Shown here: positions 18,664 to 30,197 of the stretch, one piece after another | Layout: each line of letters starts with the position of its first letter | Position numbering within the stretch: the first letter of the stretch is position 1 | Source: Lingula anatina | Lineage: Eukaryota > Animalia > Brachiopoda | Length of the DNA stretch: 64,000 nucleotides | Direction of reading: 5' to 3' | Assembly: GCA_051362555.1 (NCBI GenBank) | Contig: CM120640.1 | Location: 26,398,225 to 26,462,224 of the forward strand | Position numbers and translations under genes: made by a program | Notes under the pieces: model-generated | Databases searched by the model: none | Told to the model about the DNA's origin: nothing | Seen by the model: the letters and a program-made list of their open reading frames with translations, nothing else

Positions 18664-21336
18664 ATTATCTTGCATGTGTTACACACGTTTGACAGAACTG
18701 TAAGATTGGCAGTATACACATTGAACTTGGCACATTATAACCTCTGGTTAAAGTAAAAATATTTGAATCATGTTTTCATTTTGAATATTGGCATTGCTGT
18801 CATCCCCATGACCAAAAAATGGAAAAAAAAGCTGTGATAAAAATGCACAATTTAGTTACGTGCAACCTCATTGTAATTACATGTTGGAGATTATTCATTT
18901 TCATTATTCACAAATTTATTTTCACTAAAATATCTTAAGTAAGGAACAAATACATTGTTGCAGTATTATACATGTTTTATTTGAAATAAATGCGTATGTA
19001 CAACATGGCATTTGCCCGTTTGTATATCATTAGTCTTACATTGTTTATTGGACAATAACAAAGAACTGTAGATTTTGACAAAAGAATATGAGCTGTCAGC
19101 TGAAATAGCTCAGTGTCCTTTCATGAAAACTATGTACTTTATTTTAAACACAGAAAAGTGTGTGATTTGGCATAAAATGGAAAAAATACTCTGTGCCATT
19201 AAAATTTGGCTGCTTTATTTCATAGGACTTGAACTCCTTCAACATATTATATCAAGCACTTTCTTAAAAGTGAATATATGCAAAGGCGTAAATTAAGACT
19301 TATCACCATTACTTTAATAGTATAATCAACTTGATACTTAAACCCCAGTTTGTTACATGGGCTTTTCTGTTTACTGAGTATGCTGGAGCCAAACTAGAAG
19401 TTGTTCAAGAAAGGGAGAAATAACACTGACACCTATGGCAGGAATGATGGATACTAAAACTTGGTAGAGCCACTTATCCAGGCAGGATTATGGATGGGTG
19501 AACAGATTTTCTCATATTTATCTTTATCAACAGCAAAATTCTTTTGACTTTTTTATGCAATGTCCAACTCCTGAAAATTCGAGAAAAGGGGGGGGGGGCG
19601 CACAATGGACATTATCAGTTAATCAAGTGGGATTTCATGGATATATCAGAAAAATGGGATCAGAAATAATACCACATCAACTCATACAGTGTGACAAATT
19701 AAAGCTGACAGAATTTATTCCTCAATAAATTATTTTTTGGTTCATTTTCTCTCAAGTTGTTGAATTACAGTCTTTTGCACAAAATGTATATCATATTTCA
19801 TTCTAATACAAAAAAACAAATCTAAAGCAGTTTCAATTTATTGCTATACTTCTTAAGCTGATTAATACTAACATAGGTTTCAAGGTTCATATAAGCTGTA
19901 ATTGTTCTTGTGGTTATTAAATGAGTTCATATATATTCAAAACTGGCTACTGTCTTCCTTGGTGCCATGGCTGGTGATGGCTTCCTTACAGTTGCTGGCA
20001 GACTCTACAGCATTGTAAACGGACTGCAGTGTCTGGGGACTGAACTGGGTGGTAAAGTCAACATACATCATGTGAGCATGAACTGAAGCAAAATGAAATA
20101 TATTCTCCTTAGTTTTTTTGAATATGCATTTACCCATCAGAAATGAAATTCTATGAATCTGACAAGTACCAAAACCTGGCTTGCTTCAAAAGTTGTCCAA
20201 TCTCAATAGTAATCATGGAGAACCAGATCTATGTTTGTGCCTTTCACCTACTGTTGTTATGTACACTGTATTAATATGAAAACTCTGAAAACAGAAATTC
20301 TACCTACTACTGCTTTTTATTAAGTTGGCTTTCTGCTCATTCAGTTGTTTATCAATGTCTTTAAGGACTGCCATTTGTTGTTGGTGATTGTATTCTGTTT
20401 GCATCGAAGCCCCATCAGCCTTGCACTTGTTGGCCATCATGGCTGCAGGATCCGTCTCACTTGTCATCACTGACACTCAGCTCTGACTCTTTATTGGAAT
20501 CCTAGCCTGACTTGGATATATGACATATATAATATCATAATACAATTTACCAGGTTTGTTAATTTTGGTAAAATAAGGACTGAAACATTCTTGATTCATA
20601 AATTTTTATACTCACGCCCGGCTGTCACCTTTTATTGATCGATTAATAAACGTAAAATAAAAAGAACAAGTTTACACCCTTTAGAATACTAAACTCATCT
20701 TAAAATGACAGCCTAGCGCGTAAATACTGATGTTACTGATGACGTACTGGCGTGTTACTGCCAGTACGAGCCCTTGCCGGCGTTAGTGCAGCAGGGCTCC
20801 AACGGTCGCATTTTTATGGTGATTATAAAAACATAAATATCAGTGGAATAGAATTTTAAAAATGGAATTTCGGACTTTTTAATTCGTTCATATAACTGAT
20901 ATCCGTAGACAAGAAGTAGGGAATAAAGACTTTTTACGGTACGTGAAGACAATTAACTGTTACTAAATGCAAAAACTGCTAGTAGTAGATTTACATTTCA
21001 TTTTTAAACGTATTACTAGTATTACAGAATTACTATTAGATGTGTACTGGTAGCAGTAGTAGTAAAAGACGCGCGATGCTTCACTTGGCGAGCACTTGAC
21101 CGGAACCAATTTTAATGACTGCAAAAGGACAAAATACTTTAATTCACAATCCAGATATGACGATACAAACTAATTAACCAAAGCTTACCTTTAAAAATAT
21201 TGCTAAAATATTTTTAATGAAACACGAGCTACATTCCAGTGACATTCGTGAACTCGTCTGCATATGACGTGCACGGGTAATGCTAGACCAACAAATTTAC
21301 GACAACGCTTTAGTATCTTACAGTAATATAACAGTA

Positions 21337-21337
<1 letters not shown>

Positions 21338-21381
<44 letters not shown>
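21338..21381. repeat. (TA)n microsatellite
   Basis: Visible run upstream of the TRIM-like gene. Confidence 0.9.
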
Positions 21382-21545
21382 AACATATAAAATCTTTTCA
21401 TTCGGCTAGACACTATGAAATATTTCGTTCTACAACTAATAATTTAAAATCTTTTGTCGTTCTCTGTGATCCATAAAAGTGTCCAAAAAGAGGCTGTAAA
21501 ACGGAGACTGCCGAAAAGAGCGGGGAAAGACTTCTCGTTTTCAGC

Positions 21546-24500
21546 ATGGATTCCCACGCTGTTTGTTCCATAAGAAGCACGTTCAGCCAAGGGGATGAAA
21601 AAGGTTTCTTTCACATATTCCTTTCACAGTTATTATAATAGTTACGTCCTTAGGATGAAAAAATTGACAGATTTGGTGAGACAAATTAGAATGAAATAGC
21701 CCTGCACTGTTGAAGCCTGCAAGATGAAATTGAAACGCCATTTTCTCTAGAGTCTAAATGCAGGGATATATAGAGTTTAGTTTACTTAAAGAAAAATGAT
21801 GAACAAATAATTTAATGTGTACCTCTTTTCTTTAACAGTATTTTTCTAAATTGCATGTTCCATTCGGTGAATTTGATGTTGCATTAGCATAAGGTGTAAC
21901 CAGAATTTTATCACGAAGGTCAAAGCAAGCAAGAAGAAATGAAAACGTTACCCCCCCCCCCCTCCACACACACACGCACACACACGCTTAAAATTTCATT
22001 ACCCACTTTCCTCAAGTTATGTGCACTGTGATAATATTAGATTTCGAAAAATTTGTTTTTCTGTTACTCCAGGTATGGATGAACGAGAGAAGGTTACAGC
22101 ACTTTTAACTGAGGTGTATGGTTCAGTGCATACAATTCAAAGTAACTTGAAAAAGCTACATGCTATGCACACTCTTCTTTATATGAAGAGAGACATTGGG
22201 AAGAGTGCCATCCGTTCTTGTCTCCAGGCTATGACAGCTAAACTTGCCCAATTGCAAACAGAGCTGGAGGTAGAATTGGAAAATGAGTGTGCTGCCAAAG
22301 AAGAAAAATTACAGGGCCTGTCAGACCTTTATGTCAAAAGAGTAGAAGAGGTGAACAACACCTGCCCAAAGATAGAAGAGTTCCTTTTGGCCGGAAAAGA
22401 AAAGGAGCTCAAAGAGCAGTACAAAGCATTATGTGAAAAATTGAAAAACATGCTGAAGGCCACAGAAAAAGAAAACTTGGAGCATTGGAACACTTCTTCA
22501 TGGAGCACTTTGGAATTTGTACCTCTTCCTTCAGGTCTGAAGAAATCTGATATGGGCTACATAAAATGTAGTTCTATAAATCCAGATACTTTGATGTTAT
22601 CACCACCAGAAAATGGAGATTTCTATGTTAGGCCTGCTGGTTCTTTGGTTACCTTTAAGTTGTACCTGCCTGATGGTTTAGAACCAGATACTGCCAGCCT
22701 GCGCTATTTGTCAGGGCAATTGGCACCCCATGGCTCAAAGGTGCCAACAGAAGAAACCAGAGGAGAATTCAAACTGGATGACAGTGCAGCTGTCATAACA
22801 CTTTCATTTCAACCTCAAATGAGTGGTACATATCAGATCCATGTACAGGTTTATGGTCAGGCAATAAAAGGAAGTCCATTTAAGATGGTTGTTCTTGAAA
22901 CTGCAACATCAGAATATGAGATGCCTGGTGTAGTGAAAAAGAGCCCTATAAAGAGTCGATCACAGTGGAATGGAAAGTCCAGGCCAAGGGTGGCTAGCAG
23001 TGGGCTGTTGGCTATCACAAGACACATAACAGGTGAAGAAGACGCCATTCCTAAGGATAAAGAAGCAGCTAAGTTGAAAACACCAAAGTTTGATGCTTCA
23101 TTTGCTGTCCCTTGCTTCTCTGGTGCTGGGGATGGCTTGGCTAATTTGAAGATGGAGCACAATGAAGATTGGGTCAGAGATCCAACACCAAGCAAAACAA
23201 CAGATGAAGGTGCCACAGCAAGCATAGCTACGAAGGCCCAAACTGAAGCTAATAAAACTGTTACCATCACCTGGGATGATCTGAAGAAATTTAGAATGCC
23301 CACTGTTGGTAATAAGCCAGCTTTGAGAAAACCATTGAGGAAACCAGTTTTCTGCAAGAGTGAACCAGAGGGTGCAGTAATGAATAGTGAAGATAGTGTG
23401 ACTGATAGCCCTCTAAAAGATAAAAAGGTAGCCTTTGCTGATGTGGGACTGTCCACTGAATCCAATGAAGAACCAGTGAAGAAAAATGAGGTGCCTGATG
23501 ATGTAAAACCAAAAAGGGAAGACATTTTATTGAGTTTGGCCAAAGAATCTCCTCCAGATTCACATGAGGATGTTGAGGTCCCAGTCAATGCGTCCAGTGC
23601 TGATGAAAGTGAAGAAAAGACTGTATGCTTACCTGTTAAAATTGAAGAAAATATATCTCATTGTGAGGAAAAAAGCTCTACTGAAGAAAAAGACAACAGT
23701 AATTTTTCTTTTGAAAAAGAAATGGTTAAATCAGTAATTGAGCAACACAGAATTGATTGCCCTGGAAAAGGTGAGATTCTTCTTATAAAAAGTATTTTAT
23801 TTATTTATTTATTTAATTTTTGCAATTTTTCACATCAAAGAGATATTGAATCACAAGAAATGCATACATTACAGAAAAAGTAACATAAATTAACACATTA
23901 ATGAAAGAAATGGTAATGGATGTAAATTTGCTGAATGTAGAACAGGGCATGAGGAGTCCCAGCTGTGCAGTGTGTCACTTCACTATGGGCCTGGTGAACT
24001 TAAAGTCATGATTTTTCGTTATTTTCAGCCCTGAAGGCAGAGTTGGTTTTAAAATTTGGTCACAAGGGGAAAGAATTGAAGGATCATTTGTTCTTCCCGA
24101 TTGGAGTGACAACTACTAAAGAAGGACACTTTGTTGTGGCAGACCATGGGAATGACATGGTCAAAATCTTTGACAGAAATGGAGAACATATGTTGACCAT
24201 TGGTTCAAAGGTAAATATATCTGAGGTGGAAAAGGAGAACATATTGACAGAATTCTTACAGCGAGTCTTTAAAAAATGTTGGACAAATTGTATGGTATTT
24301 GATGTACTCTATTATCAACTTATCTAATGTGAACTTTTCGCTTATGAACAGTGTGCAGAGATGCTTGTACCAAGCTTTAACAACCCAGCTTATGGTTTAT
24401 AGAAACAAAAAAAAACTTTCTATATGAATAAATAAAAAAAAAATTTATATATATATAATGTTGTTATTATTATTATTTATTTATTTTGTTTTAGCAAAAC

Positions 24501-25840
24501 AATGTATTCAGTCGGCCCTCAGCAGTGGTAGTGAATGACCAGGGAGAGTTGTTTGTGAAAGACAGCCGTATGTTGCAGGTGTATGACTTACATGGGAACT
24601 TATTGAGATCCTTTGGCAAAGGAGATCTGAATGCTCCATATGGTGAGTGGCATTTTCTTGAGTGGGAACATGCTTATAGAATCTGTTGTTGGCAGTCCTG
24701 TTTTTGTCAGTACTGATTTGTTTTTGATTATTATGTTGAACCTTATAAATTTCTGTCAAAAATATTTTAAAGAAAAATAAATTTGATGATTCTAATCACT
24801 TCATTGATGATCTCAAGATAATATTTCCTTGTTATCTGACTAATTCAGTACTGTTAAAAGAGGCAGATATTCAAAATACCTTACTCTTCTACAGGAATGG
24901 CACTGAACCAGTTTGGCCATCTCATAGTCATGGACACATGCAGGCAGGAGCCCAGTCTGGTGGTCTTTACTCAGGATGGCCGGTGGATGAGGAAGATAGC
25001 TGTGCCTGTACTGGCTGGTGTGCATGGCTCCAAGTGTCGATTTATGGATTGTTATGATGACATTGTGGTGGTCAGTGATTTAGGTAAGATGTTTGTAAAA
25101 TGGGGAAAGTAGAATTGTGTGTGTTAAACCTTGTTTCAGTAAGGCAGAGGATATTGAAAATATGAAAAATCAAATAAAGTTATTAGAATTTTTTGTCAGC
25201 TTATGATGGCATTTGCTTTATTTTCTCTTTAAGTTAATGAACCGATTGACTGAAGAAAACGTACGTAATGGATAGTTTTGTGGATGGAATGCCTGTGGTA
25301 ACAGTGACAAATAGAATAACTTCAAATTTTGTAATTATTGGTTTCAATAGGTCGAAGTCACATGTACATAGTTAAACAGCAAGGTGGCCAAGTTGTAAAA
25401 GAGTTTGGAGGATTTGGACGTCGTCCAGGGGAGTTTAATGAACCATCAGGAGTCGGCATTGATGCATTTGGCAATATAGTTGTTGCTGATAGCAAAAATG
25501 ATCGAGTTCAGGTAAACCCTACAGGAAGTGGGAACTAGCATACTTTGTTAGGTTTAAAATGCCGAAGAAATTTTAAATCATCTCATTTTCAGGATGTATG
25601 AATTCAATTTTCTGTGAAATTTTATAGTTCACAGTTTGTTCAACTGCTACCTTGAAATATTTTGTGCAAAGAGTCATTTTACTTTTACAGGTTTTCTATC
25701 CAGACGGGACTTTCCAGTGTTTGTTAGAGCTGTCTGAGCCAATTTGCAGACCATCTGACCTTCATCTCACTGAAGATGGCCATTTGGTGATAGTTAATTT
25801 TCTGGAACATTGTGTGAAAGTTTACAAACTGCACTGTTGA
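21546..25840 (+). CDS. TRIM2/3/71-like coiled-coil + filamin + NHL-repeat protein with no visible RING or B-box. Exons 21546-21603, 22073-23770, 24029-24210, 24495-24642, 24895-25083, 25351-25511, 25691-25840
   Basis: Heptad-rich N-terminus; filamin end (FQPQMSGTYQIHVQVYGQAIKGSPF); NHL repeats (FFPIGVTTT..FVVADHGNDMVKIFD, FSRPSAVVV, FNEPSGVGIDAFGNIVVADSKNDRVQVF, RPSDLHL). Splice phases are consistent. Confidence 0.85.
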
Positions 25841-26161
25841 ATAGGATAGATGAACCTCATTTGCCCAAAACTTCCCATGATGAGTGAGATTTTTTCTTCT
25901 GTTTCTCAGGAAAAGAACTAAAAAAATGTGGACTTGGCCACAAAGGTAGACAGGTAGACCAAAAAGAAAACTTGAAAGCGAAAATAAAAAGAAACATGAC
26001 AATATTCATTATGTGAAAAGGAAAAAACATAAACTTCAGGTTTTAAATTTTCAAAAATCATTTGTAGAACATGCTAAAATATAAAACACTGAAACTACTA
26101 ATAAACATACATAGCATTGGCTCAAAGACAAAAGTTTCAATATGAAAACTTGTAAATAACA

Positions 26162-26675
26162 CAGATGTGGGGAAAACTTTGGTGATATTTAGTGTCTGGA
26201 GCACCTGCACCACAAGTAGTCTGCAGGTCTTCCCAATTCTCTGCTGGTCTGAACTAAGTACAGTAATAACTCCGATCTTTTCAGTGGGGGAAAATTATCA
26301 GTTTTTCAGATACATTGTTTTGTAAGCATTAAAGATATATGTCTTTGTAGCAATTGTGATTTCACCATATAAAAAGGAACTATAAGGCAGCCTGTTTTTC
26401 AGTTTTGTTGCCAACTTTCAATGGGAATGTTCTAACTTTTGGATTTGTCACAAAAAAAAAAGTTTCTGTAAAATTCACAATTTTCCCCATTGAAAAGATG
26501 AAGTCATTATCATATTTTGTTTTTGTTGGTCTATGTTTACATATGATTTAATATTCTGTATTGCATTTTCACATAAACATGCCAGTCCAGAGGACCTGTG
26601 ATATCAAAAATCTTGCATGTCCTCTGGCTGCTCAAGTAGTAATGAACTGTCGGACAGGCAGTTTCCCCATGTCTG
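26162..26675. mobile_element. Non-autonomous TIR element with 6-bp target duplication ATAACA
   Basis: Ends CAGATGTGGGGAAAACT / AGTTTCCCCATGTCTG with ATAACA on both sides. An inner inverted pair lies at ~26275-26310 and ~26463-26499. Confidence 0.7.
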
Positions 26676-26713
26676 ATAACACTATGCTACTAGGTACAAA
26701 AATGGTTCTCTAA

Positions 26714-26937
26714 GACTGGGTTCCCATAGATTTAGATCGATCTATCTGGATCAACCTTACTCCTTGAGGGTTCACGCTAAATTGCTGTCAGGTTCCGAGA
26801 GCCGAGTGCCCAAAAGTTAATTACCCCCTTACAGCTTTTAGTATGCGGGACAGACATTTAAGCCGGTCAGGCTGACAACAATCTAGTGAGACTCCCCATG
26901 GGGATAGATCAATCTGAAAATCTATGGGAATGCACTC
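26714..26937. mobile_element. MITE family A
   Basis: TAA-GACTGGGTTCCCATAGATTTAGATCGATCTA...AATCTATGGGAATGCACTC-TAA; body reversed relative to the 10126 copy. Confidence 0.88.
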
Positions 26938-27199
26938 TAAAAGTGCACTTACGAAATGAAGTAAATTTTTTGCATTAATCATCACTGGAATAGTACAAAA
27001 GCTATGTAGACAAAATTTTGCTGCAATTTAGCATGCATGTGTTAAATATCATTCAATGCTTGTGCATAATTTTTGATATTTTAAAATCTGAAGTTTTTTT
27101 AACCATCTAGTACATTTTACTAGTATACTTTTGAAACTCAGCATAAGTATGTTTATTCATTTCAGTTTTATATTTACCCTTTCTTATCATTATCATTTT

Positions 27200-27249
27200 T
27201 ATAATAATGATAATAATAATACTAATTATTATTATTATTATTATTATTA
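27200..27249. repeat. (ATA/ATT)n trinucleotide microsatellite
   Basis: Visible run. Confidence 0.85.
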
Positions 27250-28371
27250 AGGCACTGGGGGATCCAGGTTTTTGGCGAGTAAGGTTATGCAAATATAAAG
27301 CAGTAGACAAAGACAATTTAAAGGGATAACCACTGTTCATTTTGGCCAAAAAATGGATTTTCCTGGGTTAAAGGACAATTTTCCCGTTCTTACCAATGAT
27401 AAATGAATCCATTCCAACATTCAAAATAAGTCCCTGTTTTTTTTTTTTCTAAAGAGTTTGGTTTTTTGTAATATTCTCTTAAGAGATTATTACAAAGTGT
27501 AGCCATTTATGGAGGTCACATGATGTGATGGCAAGCACAAATTCCAGAATTGTTGCGATAACTGCCGTTTTGGTGGTAAAATAGAATTTATAATATGTCT
27601 ATGAGTTGTTTACAATGTACAGTTGAACAGTTGTTATCTGTAACTGTAACATATAGGGCATTAGGTTTAAAAAAAACTGCTCGATTTCATCTGATTTCAC
27701 TTGTTGACTTAAGGGAGAAGTTTGCACTAGTACTTCCAAAGCAAGGGGGGCACATAACTCACTGTACCCTTCTGGAGCAGCAGTTGTTAAAGTGGGTCTT
27801 ACTAAAATGTGCAGAAATAAAAAATCAGAGACAAAATGTATGAAGGACAAGATCTTTTAAAAAAAAACTAAAAAAAGAAAAGTACTTGCCATGAACCTCT
27901 TCCACTTGAAATAAAGAAATGAGTAGTTGTCTTTACTCTTCTAGTCGATCAAATTTGATGGATGAATATCACTTGTAGGACAAAAATGGCTGGAAATTGG
28001 GGTGGAGAAAGGCCCATTAAGTTTTCATTTAATGTTCATTTTCTCAACAGATTGACTAGTGACTAACAAAATTGTTGAACTCGAGTAGTTTCTTTGTAGC
28101 TTGTTGTTGGTTAATTAATAAGTTACTTAAATCAACAAAGTAAAACTCTGTAGACAAATAATCCTTAGAAGCATATCCAATGAGGGAAGATATGATAACA
28201 GATTGACATCCAAATGGATTATGTTTGATTTGAATACATGTTATGCACAGACACGGTGTGTCTGTACATAAAGCCATCAACCGTGTCGTTATTGTCGCCA
28301 TGTTCTTTAAATGCAATTAATAGAAAAGTGAGACTGGTGCTCAAGCTAACTTCAACAAATCATGGCACTTA

Positions 28372-28573
28372 AACCCCATTCCCAGAGATTAGATCAATCT
28401 ACTTTAGATTGACCTAACTCCCTGGGGGTTCGCGCTAAATAACTATCACGAAGTTAATTACCCCCTTACAGCTTGTAGTAGGCGGGATGGACATTTAAGC
28501 CGGATAATCTGACAGTAATCTAGTGAGACTCCCCGCGTGGATAGATCGATCTAAAAGCTCTGGGAATACGCCC
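28372..28573. mobile_element. MITE family A
   Basis: TTA-AACCCCATTCCCAGAGATTAGATC...CTCTGGGAATACGCCC-TTA; TTA target duplication. Confidence 0.88.
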
Positions 28574-29452
28574 TTAAATGCAGGTCAAGTTCAAATGTTG
28601 CCATAACCAAGGTATAATTTTGAACTCCCATGAACCTGAAGCCCTGCACCAGTAACATTTTCTGAATGTCCATTGTTAACAGTACATGATCAAAAATTGT
28701 GGTGACTACTTGATATTGTTGCAATGTTTTTGCAGTTTGGTGTCAGAATATTTGCCAGCTTTGCTGTCCAATATCATTTAACAATTTCGGTTTGTGATGG
28801 TATTTGTGTCATCAATGTTATATAAGAAATAAAGCTTTCAGGAAACCGTTGTATTTCTCATAATAACATTTATCACTACTCTGGCACGTACTAGCATGTA
28901 CTTGTGCTTGTGATGGAGAGTGAAACCTTGAGGCAGACTGGTGGTTTATAATTTTTCTTTTGGAAGGATAATTTAGATATCTTATTATAGATTTGTGTAT
29001 AAATACAAGAGTTAACAATAAGTAAATAAGTGATAATCGAGGAAGATACTTAGATAAAGAACTGTAAGTATTACACAGATTGAAATTGCATGTAAAGTAA
29101 GTTGGCATATGTATACAGTGTGAAATGCGTGTGGGACCCTGAAGGGAAACTTGAATTTGTGTGAAATAAGTTGGCGCACGTACCAGAAATGAGTTCAAAC
29201 GTGTGCGTGTGCCCTTCTTTAAGCTAAAAGCTTACACAACACAAAAACTACAGGCCAAAGAATAACTGAAATTTATTTTAGTGCAACAAAAACTACACCT
29301 TCAAATTTCTTGTAAATTTGACCTTATAATGTTATAATATCTGCACATATATTTCGAGACGCCTTGCTTCTTTAAGATATACTTTTCAAGACTTTGTGGC
29401 ATTTGGTCAGGTTAAGCGGCGATAATTTGGCTTAAATATTCCCTTATTGTGC

Positions 29453-29459
<7 letters not shown>

Positions 29460-29510
<51 letters not shown>
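29460..29510. repeat. (TA)n microsatellite
   Basis: Visible run. Confidence 0.95.
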
Positions 29511-29513
<3 letters not shown>

Positions 29514-30197
29514 GTGGTGTGCCGTACATACACGTAATACACTACGAATGCTCGCACAATTGATTTTCAGTAGTGTTAATCAAGCACAACATGTTGACGC
29601 CTTTAAGTTATCTAGTACAGAATTTGCTACATCTTCCTCGCATTTTGTATTATCTGATCTGTTCTAACATTTCGATCGTTTTATTATTTGCAGGAAAACG
29701 CGTTTATTTTGATAGATGCAAAACGAAAACGACTAGATATTTCAGTTAAAAAACAATATAATTTACATATACAATAAATAATCGATACGCTTCCATATTT
29801 TTTAAGTTTGCCAACTAAATCAAGTTTCTTTACACCACAGAAGTCTTCACGCATAAGGAACACGCATATGTGCAGTTTGTTTATTGCTAATTGCCCAACT
29901 GCCACCGATCGACTGCTCAGTTTTAGTAATTTAAGGGTGACTGGTGGCGCGCATCGCATAGGTAGGATGGAAAACTTCTTATATTGATTCAATAACCAAG
30001 AATAATCTGATTTCTGATACATAAATTCGTATCATTTTCCTGCAGTTGTCGAAGTACCTTAAATCCAATAAATGGCGCGTTCTGTTTCCGAAGCTAGAGT
30101 GCCGCCGGTGTGGCAGGAACGGTAGTCCGCCAGGAACCGTAGTCTGTTCCTCATTACTTTGTACAAGTGACATTCGCCCCAGCTTTGCTTCTGATTG

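Noticed and set aside
20739-20770. ATGA-stem-GA read as a SECIS element
   Set aside because: Helix too short, no apical AA, and no upstream selenoprotein on that strand.
22857-23588. 243-aa minus-strand ORF
   Set aside because: Antisense shadow of the large TRIM-like exon, with no recognisable motifs.
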